Below are positions 1 to 15,000 of a DNA stretch of 64,000 bases, piece after piece. This stretch comes from Eledone cirrhosa. Its lineage: Eukaryota. The position numbers and the translations under genes were made by a program. The notes beneath the pieces are model-generated. The model worked only from the letters and a program-made list of their open reading frames with translations, was not told the origin of the DNA and ran no database searches. Each line of letters starts with the position of its first letter. Position 1 is the stretch's first letter. The DNA lies in the NCBI GenBank assembly GCA_964016885.1, contig OZ024743.1, forward strand, positions 173,600,001 through 173,664,000, read 5' to 3'.

Positions 1-3000
1 GGTAGTGGTGGTAGTGTGGGTGTGTGGTGTGGTGTGGTGAGGATATTGGTAGTGGTGGTAGTGTGGGTGTGTGGTGTGGTGAGGATATTGGTAGTGGTGA
101 GGATATTGGTAGTGGTGGTGGTGGGGGTGAGTGGTGTGGTGAGGATATTGGTAGTGGTGGTAGTGTGGGTGTGTGGTGTGGTGTGGTGAGGATAGTGGTA
201 GTGGTGGTAGTGTCGGTGTGTGGTGTGGTGTGGTGAGGATATTGGTAGTGGTGCTAGTGTGGGTGTGTGGTGTTGGTGGTGAGGATATTGGTAGTGGTGG
301 TAGTGTGGGTGTGTGGTGTGGTGTGGTGAGGATAATGGTAGTGGTGGTAGTGTGGGTGTGTGGTGTGGTGAGGATATTGGTAGTGGTGGTAGTGTGGGTG
401 TGTGGTGTGGTGTGGTGAGGATATTGGTAGTGGTGGTAGTGTGGGTGTGTGGTGTGGTGTGGTGAGGATATTGGTAGTGGTGGTAGTGTGGGTGTGTGGT
501 GTTGGTGGTGAGGATATTGGTAGTGGTGGTAGTGTGGGTGTGTGGTGTTGGTGGTGAGGATATTGGTAGTGGTGGTAGTGTGGGTGTGTGGTGTGGTGTG
601 GTGAGGATAATGGTAGTGGTGGTAGTGTGGGTGTGTGGTGTGGTGTGGTGAGTATATGGGTAGTGGTGGTAGTGTGGGTGTGTGGTGTTGGTGGTGAGGA
701 TAATGGTAGTGGTGGTAGTGTGGGTGTGTGGTGTGGTGTGGTGAGGATATTGGTAGTGGTGGTAGTGTGGGTGTGTGGTGTGGTGTGGTGAGGATATTGG
801 TAGTGGTGGTAGTGTGGGTGTGTGGTGTGGTGTGGTGTGTTGAGGATATTGGTAGTGGTGGTAGTGTGTGTGGTGTTGGTGGTGAGGATAATGGTAGTGG
901 TGTTGGTGGTGACGATATTGGTAGTGGTGGTAGTGTGGGTGTGTGGTGTGGTGTGGTGAGGATAATGGTAGTGGTGGTAGTGTGGGTGTGTGGTGTGGTG
1001 AGGATATTGGTAGTGGTGGTAGTGTGTGTGGTGTTGGTGGTGAGGATAAGGGTAGTGGTGGTAGTGTGGGTGTGTGGTGTTGGTGGTGAGGATATTGGTA
1101 GTGGTGGTAGTGTGGGTGTGTGGTGTGGTGAGGATATTGGTAGTGGTGGTGGTGTGGGTGTGTGGTGTGGTGTGGGGAGGATAATGGTAGTGGTGGTAGT
1201 GTGGGTGTGTGGTGTGGTGAGGATATTGGTAGTGGTGGTAGTGTGTGTGGTGTTGGTGGTGAGGATAATGGTAGTGGTGGTAGTGTGGGTGTGTGGTGTG
1301 GTGAGGATATTGTAGTGGTGGTAGTGTGGGTGTGTGGTGTTGGTGGTGAGGATATTGGTAGTGGTGGTAGTGTGGGTGTGTGGTGTGGTGTGAGTGGTGG
1401 TAGTGTGGGTGTGAGGTGTGGTGAGGATATTGGTAGTGGTGGTAGTGTGGGTGTGGTGTGGTGTGGTGAGGATATTGGTGGTGGTGGTAGTGTGGGTGTG
1501 TGGTGTGGTGAGGATATTGGTGGTGGTGGTAGTGTAGGTGTGTGGTGTGGTGTGGTGAGGATAATGGTAGTGGTGGTAGTGTGGGTGTGTGGTGTGGTGT
1601 GGTGAGGATATTGGTAGTGGTGGTAGTGTGGGTGTGTGGTGTGGTGTGGTGAGGATATTGGTAGTGGTGGTAGTGTGGGTGTGTGATGTGGTGTGGTGAG
1701 GATAATGGTAGTGGTAGTAGTGTGGGTGTGTGGTGTTGGTGGTGAGGATATTGGTAGTTGTGGTAGTGTGGGTGTGTGGTGTGGTGAGGATATTGGTACT
1801 GGTGGTAGTGTGGGTGTGTGGTGTGGTGTGGTGAGGATATTGGTAGTGGTGGTGGTGTGGGTGTGTGGTGTGGTGTGGTGAGGATATTGGTAGTGGTGGT
1901 GGTGTGGCGAGGATATTGGTAGTGGTGGTAGTGTGGGTGTGTGGTGTGGTGTGGTGAGGATAGTGGTAGTGGTGGTAGTGTGGGTGTGTGGTGTGGTGTG
2001 GTGAGGATATTGGTAGTGATGGTAGTGTGGGTGTGAGGTGTGGTGTGGTGAGGATATTGGTGGTGGTGGTAGTGTGGGTGTGTGGTGTTGGTGGTGAGGA
2101 TATTTGTAGTGGTGGTAGTGTGGGTGTGAGGTGTGGTGTGGTGAGGATATTGGTGGTAGTGTGGTGAGGATAGTGGTAGTGGTGGTAGTGTGGGTGTGTT
2201 GTGTGGTGTGGTGAGGATAGTGGTAGTGGTGGAAGTGCGGGTGTGTGGTGTGGTGTGGTGAGGATATTGGTAGTGGTGGTAGTGTGTGTGGTGTGAGGTG
2301 TTGGTGGTGAGGATAATGGTAGTGGTGGTAGTGTGGGTGTGTGGTGTGGTGTGGTGAGGATAGTTGTAGTGGTGGTAGTGTGGGTGTGTGGTGTGGTGAG
2401 GATATTGGTAGTGGTGGTAGTGTGTGTGGTGTGAGGTGTTGGTGGTGAGGATAATGGTAGTGGTGGTAGTGTGGGTGTGTGGTGTGGTGTGGTGAGGATA
2501 TTGGTAGTGGTGGTAGTGTGGGTGTGAGGTGTTGGTGATGAGGATAATGGTAGTGGTGGTAGTGTGGGTGTGTGGTGTGGTGAGGATATTGGTAGTGGTG
2601 GTAGTGTGGGTGTGAGGTGTTGGTGGTGAGGATAATGGTAGTGGTGGTAGTGTGGGTGTGTTGTGGTGTGGTGAGGATATTGGTAGTGGTGGTAGTGTGG
2701 GTGTGTGGTGTGGTGTGGTGAGGATATTGGTAGTGGTTGTAGTGTGGGTGTGTGTTGTGGTGTGGTGAGGATATTGGTAGTGGTGGTAGTGTGGGTGTGT
2801 GGTGTGGTGTGGTGAGGATATTGGTAGTGGTGGTAGCGTGGGTGTTGGTGTGGTGTGGTGGGGATAATGGTAGTGGTGGTAGTGTGGGTGTGCGGTGTGG
2901 TGTGGTGAGGATATTGGTAGTGGTGGTAGCGTGGGTGTTGGTGTGGTGTGGTGGGGATAATGGTAGTGGTGGTAGTGTGGGTGTGCGGTGTGGTGTGGTG

Positions 3001-6000
3001 AGGATATTGGTAGTGGTGGTAGCGTGGGGGTGTGGTGTGGTGTGGTGAGGATATTGGTAGTGGTGGTAGCGTGGTGTGGTGTGGTGAGGGTATTTTTAGT
3101 GGTGGTAGCGTGGGTGTGTGGTGTGGTGTGGTGAGGATAATGGTAGTGGTGGTAGTGTGGGTGTGTGGTGTGGTGAGGATATTGGTAGTGGTGGTAGCGT
3201 GGGTGTGTGGTGTGGTGAGGATATTGGTAGTGGTGGTAGTGTGGGTGTGTGGTGTGGTGTGGTGAGGATATTTTTAGTGGTGGTAGCGTGGGTGTGTGGT
3301 GTGGTGAGGATAATGGTAGTGGTGGTAGTGTGGGTGTGTGGTGTGGTGAGGTTATTAGTAGTGGTGGTAGTGTGGCTGTGTGGTGTGGTGAGGATATTGG
3401 TAGTGGTGGTAGTGTGTGTGGTGTTGGTGGTGAGGATAATGGTAGTGGTGCTAGTGTGGGTGTGTGGTGTTGGTGGTGAGGATATTGGTAGTGGTGGTAG
3501 TGTGGGTGTGTGGTGTGGTGTGGTGAGGATAATGGTAGTGGTGGTAGTGTGGTGTGTGGTGTGGTGTGGTGAGGATATTGGTAGTGGTGGTAGTGTGGGT
3601 GTGTGGTGTGGTGTGGTGAGGATATTGGTAGTGATGGTAGTGTGGGTTGTGGTGTGGTGTGGTGAGGATATTGGTAGTGTGTGTGGTGTTGGTGGTGAGG
3701 ATAATGGTAGTGGTGGTAGTGTGGGTGTGTGGTGTTGGTGGTGACGATATTGGTAGTGGTGGTAGTGTGGGTGTGTGGTGTGGTGTGAGAGGATATTGGT
3801 AGTGGTGGTAGCGTGGGTGTGTGGTGTGGTGTGGTGTGGTGAGGATATTGGTAGTGGTGGTAGCGTGGGTGTGTGGTGTGGTGAGGATATTGGTAGTGGT
3901 GGTAGCGTGGGTGTGTGGTGTGGTGTGGTGAGGATATTGGTAGTGGTGGTAGTGTGGGTGTGTGGTGTGGTGTGGTGAGGATATTTTTAGTGGTGGTAGC
4001 GTGGGGGTGTGGTGTGGTGTGGTGAGGATAATGGTAGTGGTGGTAGTGTGGGTGTGTGGTGTGGTGTGGTGAGGATATTGGTAGTGGTGGTAGCGTGGGT
4101 GTGTGGTGTGGTGAGGATATTGGTAGTGGTGGTAGCGTGGGTGTGTGGTGTGGTGTGGTGAGGATATTGGTGGTGGTGGTAGCGTGGGTGTGTGGTGTGG
4201 TGAGGATAATGGTAGTGGTGGTAGTGTGGGTGTGTGGTGTGGTGTGGTGAGGATATTGGTAGTGGTGGTAGTGTGGGTGTGTGGTGTGGTGAGCATATTG
4301 GTAGTGGTGGTAGTGTGTGTGGTGTTGGTGGTGAGGATAATGGTAGTGGTGGTAGTGTGGGTGTGTGGCGTTGGTGGTGAGGATATTGGTAGTGGTGGTA
4401 GTGTGGGTGTGTGGTGTGGTGTGGTGAGGATAATGGTAGTGGTGGTAGTGTGGGTGTGTGGTGTGGTGAGGATATTGGTACTGGTGGTAGTGTGTGTGGT
4501 GTTGCTGGTGAGGATAATGGTAGTGGTGGTAGTGTGGGTGTGTCATGTGGTGAGGATATTGGTAGTGGTGATAGTGTGGGTGTGTGGTGTGGTGTGGTGA
4601 GGATAATGGTAGTGGTGGTAGTGTGGGTGTGTGGTGTGGTGAGGATATTGGTAGTGGTGGTAGTGTGTGTGGTGTTGGTGGTGAGGATAATGGTAGTGGT
4701 GGTAGTGTGGGTGTGTGGTGTTGGTGGTGAGGATAATGGTAGTGGTGGTAGTGTGGGTGTGTGGTGTTGGTGGTGAGGATATTGGTAGTGGTGGTAGTGT
4801 GGGTGTGTGGTGTGGTGTGGTGAGGATATTGGTAGTGGTGGTGGTGTGGGTGTGTGGTGTGGTGTGGGGAGGATAATGGAAGTGGTGGTAGTGTGGTGTG
4901 GTGAGGATATTGGTAGTGGTGGTAGTGTGTGTGGTGTTGGTGGTGAGGATAATGGTAGTGGTGGTAGTGTGGGTGTGTGGTGTTGGTGGTGAGGATATTG
5001 GTAGTGGTGGTAGTGTGGGTGTGTGGTGTGGTGTGGTGAGGATAATGGTAGTGGTGGTAGTGTGGTGTGTGGTGTGGTGAGGATATTGGTAGTGGTGGTA
5101 GTGTGGGTGTGTGGTGTGGTGTGGTGTGGTGAGGATATTGGTAGTGGTGGTAGTGTGTGTGGTGTTGGTGGTGAGGATAATGGTAGTGTGGGTGTGTGGT
5201 GTTGGTGGTGACAATATTGGTAGTGGTGGTAGTGTGGGTGTGTGGTGAGGATAATGGTAGTGGTGGTAGTGTGGGTGTGTGGTGTGGTGTGTGGGGATAT
5301 TGGTAGTGGTGGTAGTCTGGGTGTCTGGTGTGGTGTGGTTAGGATATTGGTAGTGGTGGTAGTGTGGGTGTGTGGTGTTGGTGGTGAGGATATTGGTAGT
5401 GGTGGTAGCGTGGGTGTGTGGTGTGGTGTGGTGAGGATATTGGTAGTGGTGGTAGTGTGGGTGTGTGGTGTGGTGTGGTGAGGATATTGGTAGTGGTGGT
5501 AGTGTGTGTGTGTGGTGTGGTGTGGTGAGGATATTGGTAGTGGTGGTAGTGTGTGTGGTGTGGTGTGGTGAGGATAATGGTAGTGGTGGTAGTTTGGGTG
5601 TGTGGTGTGGTGTGGTGACGATAATGGTAGTGGTGGTAGTGTGGGTGTGTGGTGTGGTGTGGTGAGGATAATGGTAGTGGTGGTAGTGTGGGTGTGTGGT
5701 GTGGTGTGGGGAGTATATGGGTAGTGGTGGTAGTGTGGTGTTGGTGGTGAGGATAATGGTAGTGGTGGTAGTGTGGGTGTGTGGTGTGGTGTGGTGTGTT
5801 GAGGATATTGGTAGTGGTGGTAGTGTGTGTGGTGTTGGTGGTGAGGATAATGGTAGTGGTGTTGGTGGTGACGATATTGGTAGTGGTGGTAGTGTGGGTG
5901 TGTGGTGTGGTGTGGTGAGGATAATGGTAGTGGTGGTAGTGTGGGTGTGTGGTGTGGTGTGGTGAGGATATTGGTAGTGGTGGTAGTGTGGGTGTGTGGT

Positions 6001-9000
6001 GTGGTGTGGTGAGGATAATGGTAGTGGTGGTAGTGTGGGTGTGTGGTGTTGGTGGTGACGATATTGGTAGTGATGGTAGTGTGGGTGTGTGGTGTGGTGT
6101 GGTGAGGATATTGGTAGTGGTGGTAGTGTGGGTGTGTGGTGTTGGTGGTGACGATATTGGTAGTGGTGCTAGGGTGGGTGTGTGGTGTGGTGAGGATAAT
6201 GGTAGTGGTGGTAGTGTGGGTGTGTGGTGTTGGTGGTGAGGATATTGGTAGTGGTGGTAGTGTGTGTGTGTGGTGTTGGTGGTGAGAATATTGGTAGTGG
6301 TGGTAGTGTGGGTGTGTGGTGTGGTGTGGTGAGTATATTGGTAGTGGTGGTAGTGTGGGTGTGTGGTGTTGGTGGTGAGGATATTGGTAGTGGTGGTAGT
6401 GTGGGTGTGTGGTGTGGTGTGGTGAGGATATTGGTAGTGGTGGTAGTGTGGGTGTGAGGTGTGGTGTGGTAAGGATAATGGTAGTGGTGGTAGTGTGGGT
6501 GTGTGGTGAGTATATTGTTAGTGGTGGTAGTGTGGGTGTGTGGTGTTGGTGGTAGTGTGGGTGTGTGGTGTGGTGTGGTGAGGATATTGGTAGTGTGGGT
6601 GTGTGGTGTTGTGTGGTGAGGATATTGGTAATGGTGGTAGTGTGGGTGTGTGGTGTGGTGAGGATAATGGTAGTGGTGGTAGTGTGGGTGTGTGGTGTGG
6701 TGAGGATATTGGTAATGGTGGTAGTGTGGGTGTGTGGTGTGGTGTGGTGAGGATAATGGTAGTGTGGGTGTGTGGTGAGGATATTGGTAGTGGTGGTAGT
6801 GTGGGTGTGTGGTGTGGTGAGGATATTGGTAGTGGTGGTAGTGTGGGTGTGTGGTGTGGTGAGGATATTGGTAGTGGTGGTGGTGTTGGTGTGTGGTGTA
6901 GTGTGGTGAGGATATTGGTAGTGGTGGTAGTGTGGGTGTGAGGTGTGGTGTGGTGAGGATATTGGTAGTGGTGGTAGTGTGGGTGTGTGGTGTGGTGAGG
7001 ATATTGGTAGTGGTGGTAGTGTGGGTGTGTGGTGTGGTGTGGTGAGGATAATGGTAGTGGTGGTAGTGTGGGTGTGAGGTGTGGTGTGGTGTGGTGAGGA
7101 TATTGGTAGTGGTGGTAGTGTGGGTGTGTGGTGTGGTGAGGATATTGGTAGTGGTGGTAGTGTGGGTGTGTGGTGTTGGTGGTGAGGATATTGGTAGTGG
7201 TGGTAGTGTGTGGTGTGGTGTGGTGAGGATAATGGTAGTGGTGGTAGTGTGGGTGTGTGGTGTGGTGAGGATATTGGTAGTGGTGGTAGTGTGGGTGTGT
7301 GGTGTGGTGAGGATATTGGTAGTGGTGGTGGTGTGGGTGTGTGGTGTGGTGTGGTGAGGATATTGGTAGTAGTGGTAGTGTGGGTGTGAGGTGTGGTGTG
7401 GTGAGGATATTGGTAGTGGTGGTAGTGTGGGTGTGTGGTGTGGTGAGGATATTGGTAGTGGTGGTAGTGTGGGTGTGTGGTGTGGTGAGGATATTGGTAG
7501 TGGTGGTAGTGTGGGTGTGAGGTGTGGTGTGGTGAGGATATTGGTAGTGTGGGTGTGTGGTGTGGTGTGGTGAGGATAATGGTAGTGGTGGTAGTGTGGG
7601 TGTGTGGTGTTGGTGGTGAGGATATCGGTAGTGGTGGTAGTGTGGGTGTGTGGTGTTGGTAGTGAGGATATTGGTAGTGTAGTGTGGGTGTGTGGTGTGG
7701 TGTGGATAATGGTATTGTTGGTAGTGTGGGTGTGTGGTGTTGGTGGTGAGGATATTGGTAGTGGTGGTAGTGTGGGTGTGTGGTGTTGGTGGTGAGGATA
7801 TTAGTAGTGGTGGTAGTGTGGGTGTGTGGTGTGGTGTGGTGAGGATAATGGTAGTGGTGGTAGTGTGGGTGTGTGGTGTTGGTGGTGAGGATATCGGTAG
7901 TGGTGGTAGTGTGGGTGTGTGGTGTTGGTGGTGAGGATATTGGTAGTGGTGGTAGTGTGGGTGTGTGGTGTGGTGTGGTGAGGATAATGGTAGTGGTGGT
8001 AGTGTGGTGTTGGTGGTGAGGATATTGGTAGTGGTGGTAGTGATGGTGGGTGGTGTTGGTGGTGAGGATCGTGGTAGTGGTGGTAGTGTGGGTGTGTGGT
8101 GTGGTGTGGTGAGGATAATGGTAGTGGTGGTAGTGTGGGTGTGTGGTGAGGATAATGGTAATGGTGGTAGTGTGGGTGTGTGGTGAGGATATTGGTAGTG
8201 GTGGTAGTGTGGGTGTGTGGTGAGGATATTGGTAGTGGTGGTAGTATGGGTGTGTGGTGTTGTTGGTGAGGATATTGGTAGTGGTGGTAGTGTGGGTGTG
8301 TGGTGTGGTGAGGATAATGGTAGTGGTGGTAGTGTGGGTGTGTGGTGTTGGTGGTGAGGATAGTGGTAGTGGTGGTAGTGTGGGTGTGTGGTGTTGGTGG
8401 TGAGGATATTGGTAGTGGTGGTAGTGTGGGTGTGTGGTGTTGGTGGTGAGGATAATGGTAGTGGTGGTAGTGTGGGTGTGTGGTGTGGTGTGGTGAGGAT
8501 AGTGGTAGTGGTGGTAGTGTGGGTGTGTGGTGTTGGTGGTGAGGATATTGGTAGTGGTGGTAGCGTGGGTGTGTGGTGTTGGTGGTGAGGATAATGGTAG
8601 TGGTGGTAGTGTGGGTGTGTGGTGTTGGTGGTGAGGATATTGGTAGTGGTGGTAGTGTGGGTGTGTGGTGTTGGTGGTGAGGATAATGGTAGTGGTGGTA
8701 GTGTGGGTGTGTGGTGTTGGTGGTGAGGATATTGGTAGTGGTAGTAGTGTGGGTGTGTGTTGTTGGTGGTGAGGATATTGGTAGTGGTGGTAGTGTGGGT
8801 GTGTGGTGTTGTGAGGATTTTGGTAGTGGTGGTGGTGTGGGTGTGTGGTGTGGTGAGGATATTGGTAGTGGTGGGTGTGTGGTGTTGGTGGTGAGGATAT
8901 TGGTAGTGGTGGTAGTGTGGGTGTGTGGTGTTGGTGGTGAGGATAATGGTAGTGGTGGTAGTGTGGGTGTGTGGTGTGGTGAGGATATTGGTAGTGGTGG

Positions 9001-12000
9001 TAGTGTGGGTGTGTGATGTTGGTGGTGAGGATATTGGTAGTGGTGGTAGTGTGGGTGTGTGGTGTGGTGTGGTGAGTATATTGGTAGTGGTGGTAGTGTG
9101 GGCGTGTGGTGTGGTGAGGATATTGGTAGTGGTGGTAGTGTGGGTGTGTGGTGTGGTGTGGTGAGGATATTGGTAGTGGTGGTAGTGTGGGTGTGTGGTG
9201 TTGGTGGTGAGGATATTGGTAGTGGTGGTAGTGTGGGTGTGTGGTGTTGGTGGTGAGGATAATGGTAGTGGTGGTAGTGTGAGTGTGTGGTGTGGTGAGG
9301 ATATTGGTAGTGGTGGTAGTGTGGGTGTGTGGTGTTGGTGGTGAGGATATTCGTAGTGGTGGTAGTGTGGGTGTGTGGTGTTGGTGGTGAGGATAGTGGT
9401 GGTGGTGTGGGTGTGTGGTGTTGGTGGTGAGGATAGTGGTAGTGGTGGTAGTGTGGGTGTGTGGTGTGGTGTGGATAGTGGTAGTGGTGGTAGTGTGGGT
9501 GTGTGGTGTTGGTGGTGAGGATAGTGGTAGTGGTGGTAGTGTGGGTGTGTGGTGTTGGTGGTGAGGATAGTGGTACTGGTGGTGGTGTGGGTGTGTGGTG
9601 TTCGTGGTGAGGATAGTGGTCGTGGTGGTAGTGTGGGTGTGTGGTGTGGTGTGGATAGTGGTAGTGGTGGTAGTGTGGGTGTGTGGTGTTGGTGGTGAGG
9701 ATAGTGGTAGTGGTGGTAGTGTGGGTGTGTGGAGTTGGTGGTGAGGATATTGGTAGTGGTGGTAGTGTGGGTGTGTGGTGTTGGTGGTGAGGATAATGGT
9801 AGTGGTGGTAGTGTGGGTGTGTGGTGTGGTGTGGATAGTGGTAGTGGTGGTAGTGTGGGTGTGTGGTGTTGGTGGTGAGGATATTGGTAGTGGTGGTAGT
9901 GTGGGTGTGTGGTGTGGTGTGGTGAGGATAGTGGTAGTGGTGGTAGTGTGGGTGTGTGGTGTTGGTGGTGAGGATATTGGTAGTGGTGGTAGTGTGGGTG
10001 TGTGGTGTTGGTGGTGAGGATAATGGTAGTGGTGGTAGTGTGGGTGTGTGGTGTGGTGAGGATATTGGTAGTGGTGGTAGTGTGGGTGTGTGGTGTTGGT
10101 GGTGAGGATATTGGTAGTGTTGGTTGTGTGGGTATGTGGTGTGGTGAGGATATTGGTAGTGGTGGTAGTGTGGGTGTGTGGTGTTGGTGGTGAGGATATT
10201 GGTAGTGGTGGTAGTGTGGGTGTGTGGTGTTGGTGGTGAGGATAATGGTAGTGGTGGTAGTGTGGATGTGTGGTGTGGTGAGGATATTGGTAGTGGTGGT
10301 AGTGTGGATGTGTGGTGTGGTGAGGATATTGGTAGTGGTGGTAGTGTGGGTGTGTGGTGTTGGTGGTGAGGATAATGGTGGTGGTGGTAGTGTGGTTGTG
10401 TGGTGTGGTGAGGATATTGGTAGTGGTGGTTGTGTGGGTGTGTGGTGTTGGTGGTGAGGATATTGGTAGTGGTGGTAGTGTGGATGTGTGGTGTGGTGTG
10501 GTGAGTATATTGGTAATGGTGGTAGTGTGGGTGTGTGGTGTGGTGAGGATATTGGTAGTGGTGGTAGTGTGGGTGTGTGGTGTGGTGAGGATATTGGTAG
10601 TGGTGGTAGTGTGGGTGTGTGGTGTTGGTGGTGAGGATATTGGTAGTGGTGGTAGTGTGGGTGTGTGGTGTTGGTGGTGAGGATAATGGTAGTGGTGGTA
10701 GTGTGGGTGTGTGGTGTGGTGAGGATATTGGTAGTGGTGGTAGTGTGGGTGTGTGGTGTTGGTGGTGAGGATATTGGTAGTGGTGGTAGTGTGGGTGTGT
10801 GGTGTTGGTGGTGAGGATAGTGGTAGTGGTGGTAGTGTGGGTGTGTGGTGTTGGTGGTGAGCATAATGGTAGTGGTGGTAGTGTGGGTGTGTGGTGTGGT
10901 GAGGATATTGGTAGTGGTGGTAGTGTGGGTGTGTGGTGTGGTGTGGTGAGGATATTGGTAGTGGTGGTAGTGTGGGTGTGTGGTGTGGTGAGGATATTGG
11001 TAATGGTGGTAGTGTGGGTGTGTGGTGTGGTGTGGTGAGGATAATGGTAGTGTGGGTGTGTGGTGAGGATATTGGTAGTGGTGGTAATGTGGGTGTGTGG
11101 TGTGGTGAGGATATTGGTAGTGGTGGTAGTGTGGGTGTGTGGTGTGGTGAGGATATTGGTAGTGGTGGTGGTGTGGGTGTGTGGTGTAGTGTGGTGAGGA
11201 TATTGGTAGTGGTGGTAGTGTGGGTGTGAGGTGTGGTGTGGTGAGGATATTGGTAGTGGTGGTAGTGTGGGTGTGTGGTGTGGTGAGGATATTGGTAGTG
11301 GTGGTAGTGTGGGTGTGTGGTGTGGTGTGGTGAGGATAATGGTAGTGGTGGTAGTGTGGGTGTGAGGTGTGGTGTGGTGTGGTGAGGATATTGGTAGTGG
11401 TGGTAGTGTGGGTGTGTGGTGTGGTGAGGATATTGGTAGTGGTGGTAGTGTGGGTGTGTGGTGTTGGTGGTGAGGATATTGGTAGTGGTGGTAGTGTGTG
11501 GTGTGGTGTGGTGAGGATAATGGTAGTGGTGGTAGTGTGGGTGTGTGGTGTGGTGAGGATATTGGTAGTGGTGGAGGTGTGGGTGTGTGGTGTGGTGAGG
11601 ATATTGGTAGTGGTGGTAGTGTGGGTGTGTGGTGTGGTGTGGTGAGGATATTGGTAGTAATGGTGGTAGTGTGGGTGTGAGGTGTGGTGTGGTGAGGATA
11701 TTGGTAGTGGTGGTAGTGTGGGTGTGTGGTGTGGTGAGGATATTGGTAGTGGTGGTAGTGTGGGTGTGTGGTGTGGTGTGGTGAGGATAATGGTAGTGGT
11801 GGTAGTGTGGGTGTGAGATGTAGTGTGGTGAGGATATTGGTAGTGTGGGTGTGTGGTGTGGTGTGGTGAGGATAATGGTAGTGGTGGTAGTGTGGGTGTG
11901 TGGTGTTGGTGGTGAGGATATCGGTAGTGGTGGTACTGTGGGTGTGTGGTGTTGGTGGTGAGGATATCGGTAGTGGTGGTAGTGTGGGTGTGTGGTGTTG

Positions 12001-15000
12001 GTGGTGAGGATATTGGTAGTGGTGGTAGTGTGGGTGTGTGGTGTGGTGTGGTGAGGATAATGGTAGTGGTGGTAGTGTGGTGTTGGTGGTGAGGATATTG
12101 GTAGTGGTGGTAGTGTGGGTGGGTGGTTTTGGTGGTGAGGATATTAGTAGTGGTGGTAGTGTGGGTGTGTGGTGTTGGTGGTGAGGATCGTGGTAGTGGT
12201 GGTAGTGTGGGTGTGTGGTGTGGTGTGGTGAGGATAATGGTAGTGGTGGTAGTGTGGGTGTGTGGTGAGGATAATGGTAATGGTGGTAGTGTGGGTGTGT
12301 GGTGAGGATATTGGTAGTGGTGGTAGTGTGGGTGTGTGGTGAGGATATTGGTAGTGGTGGTAGTATGGGTGTGTGGTGTTGGTGGTGAGGATATTGGTAG
12401 TGGTGGTAGTGTGGGTGTGTGGTGTGGTGTGGTGAGGATAATGGTAGTGGTGGTAGTGTGGGTGTGTGGTGTTGGTGGTGAGGATAGTGGTAGTGGTGGT
12501 AGTGTGGGTGTGTGGTGTGGTGTGGTGAGGATAATGGTAGTGGTGGTAGTGTGGGTGTGTGGTGTGGTGTGGTGAGGATAGTGGTAGTGGTGGTAGTGTG
12601 GGTGTGTGGTGTTGGTGGTGAGGATATCGGTAGTGGTGGTAGCGTGGGTGTGTGGTGTTGGTGGTGAGGATAATGGTAGTGGTGTTAGTGTGGGTGTGTC
12701 GTGTGGTGAGGATATTGGTAGTGGTGGTAGTGTGGGTGTGTGGTGTTGGTGGTGAGGATATTGGTAGTGGTAGTAGTGTGGGTGTGTGGTGTTGGTGGTG
12801 AGGATATTGGTAGTGGTGGTAGTGTGGGTGTGTGGTGTTGTGAGGATTTTGGTAGTGGTGGTAGTGTGGGTGTGTGGTGTGGTGAGGATATTGGTTGTGG
12901 TGGGTGTGTGGTGTTGGTGGTGAGGATATTGGTAGTGGTGGTAGTGTGGGTGTGTGGTGTTGGTGGTGAGGATAATGGTAGTGGTGGTAGTGTGGGTGTG
13001 TGGTGTGGTGAGGATATTGGTAGTGGTGGTAGTGTGGGTGTGTGGTGTTGGTGGTGAGGATATTGGTAGTGGTGGTAGTGTGGGTGTGTGGTGTGGTGAG
13101 GATATTGGTAGTGGTGGTAGTGTGGGTGTGTGGTGTTGGTGGTGAGGATATTGGTAGTGGTGGTAGTGTGGGTGTGTGGTGTTGGTGGTGAGGATAATGG
13201 TAGTGGTGGTAGTGTGGTGTGGTGAGGATATTGGTAGTGGTGGTAGTGTGGGTGTGTGGTGTTGGTGGTGAGGATAATGGTAGTGGTGGTAGTGTGGGTG
13301 TGTGGTGTGGTGAGGATATTGGTAGTGGTGGTAGTGTGGGTGTGTGATGTTGGTGGTGAGGATATTGGTAGTGGTGGTAGTGTGGGTGTGTGGTGTGGTG
13401 TGGTGAGTATATTGGTAGTGGTGGTAGTGTGGGTGTGTGGTGTGGTGTGGATAGTGGTAGTGGTGGTAGTGTGGGTGTGTGGTGTTGGTGGTGAGGATAG
13501 TGGTAGTGGTGGTAGTGTGGGTGTGTGGTGTTGGTGGTGAGGATAGTGGTAGTGGTGGTGGTGTGGGTGTGTGGTGTTGGTGGTGAGGATAGTGGTAGTG
13601 GTGGTAGTGTGGGTGTGTGGTGTGGTGTGGATAGTGGTAGTGGTGGTAGTGTGGGTGTGTGGTGTTGGTGGTGAGGATAGTGGTAGTGGTGGTAGTGTGG
13701 GTGTGTGTGTTGGTGGTGAGGATAGTGGTAGTGGTGGTAGTGTGGGTGTGTGGTGTTGGTGGTGAGGATAGTGGTAGTGGTGGTAGTGTGGGTGTGTGGT
13801 GTTGGTGGTGAGGATAGTGGTAGTGGTGGTAGTGTGGGTGTGTGGTGTGGTGTGGTGAGGATAATGGTAGTGGTGGTAGTGTGGGTGTGTGGTGTGGTGT
13901 GGTGAGGATAGTGGTAGTGGTGGTAGTGTGGGTGTGTGGTGTTGGTGGTGAGGATATTGGTAGTGGTGGTAGTGTGGGTGTGTGGTGTTGGTGGTGAGGA
14001 TAATGGTAGTGGTGGTAGTGTGGGTGTGTGGTGTTGGTGGTGAGGATATTGGTAGTGGTGGTAGTGTGGGTGTGTGGTGTTGGTGGTGAGGATAATGGTA
14101 GTGGTGGTAGTGTGGGTGTGTGGTGTGGTGGTGAGGATATTGGTAGTGGTGGTAGTGTGGGTGTGTGGTGTGGTGAGGATATTGGTAGTGGTGGTAGTGT
14201 GGGTGTGTGGTGTTGGTGGTGAGGATATTGGTAGTGGTAGTAGTGTGGGTGTGTGTTGTTGGTGGTGAGGATATTGGTAGTGGTGGTAGTGTGGGTGTGT
14301 GGTGTTGTGAGGATTTTGGTAGTGGTGGTGGTGTGGGTGTGTGGTGTGGTGAGGATATTGGTAGTGGTGGGTGTGTGGTGTTGGTGGTGAGGATATTGGT
14401 AGTGGTGGTAGTGTGGGTGTGTGGTGTTGGTGGTGAGGATAATGGTAGTGGTGGTAGTGTGGGTGTGTGGTGTGGTGAGGATATTGGTAGTGGTGGTAGT
14501 GTGGGTGTGTGTGTTGGTGGTGAGGATATTGGTAGTGGTGGTAGTGTGGGTGTGTGGTGTGGTGTGGTGAGGATATTGGTAGTGGTGGTAGTGTGGGCGT
14601 GTGGTGTGGTGAGGATATTGGTAGTGGTGGTAGTGTGGGTGTGTGGTGTGGTGTGGTGAGGATATTGGTAGTGGTGGTAGTGTGGGTGTGTGGTGTTGGT
14701 GGTGAGGATATTGGTAGTGGTGGTAGTGTGGGTGTGTGGTGTTGGTGGTGAGGATAATGGTAGTGGTGGTAGTGTGGGTGTGTGGTGTGGTGAGGATATT
14801 GGTAGTGGTGGTAGTGTGGGTGTGTGGTGTTGGTGGTGAGGATATTCGTAGTGGTGGTAGTGTGGGTGTGTGGTGTGGTGGTGAGGATAGTGGTGGTGGT
14901 GTGGGTGTGTGGTGTTGGTGGTGAGGATAGTGGTAGTGGTGGTAGTGTGGGTGTGTGGTGTGGTGTGGATAGTGGTAGTGGTGGTAGTGTGGGTGTGTGG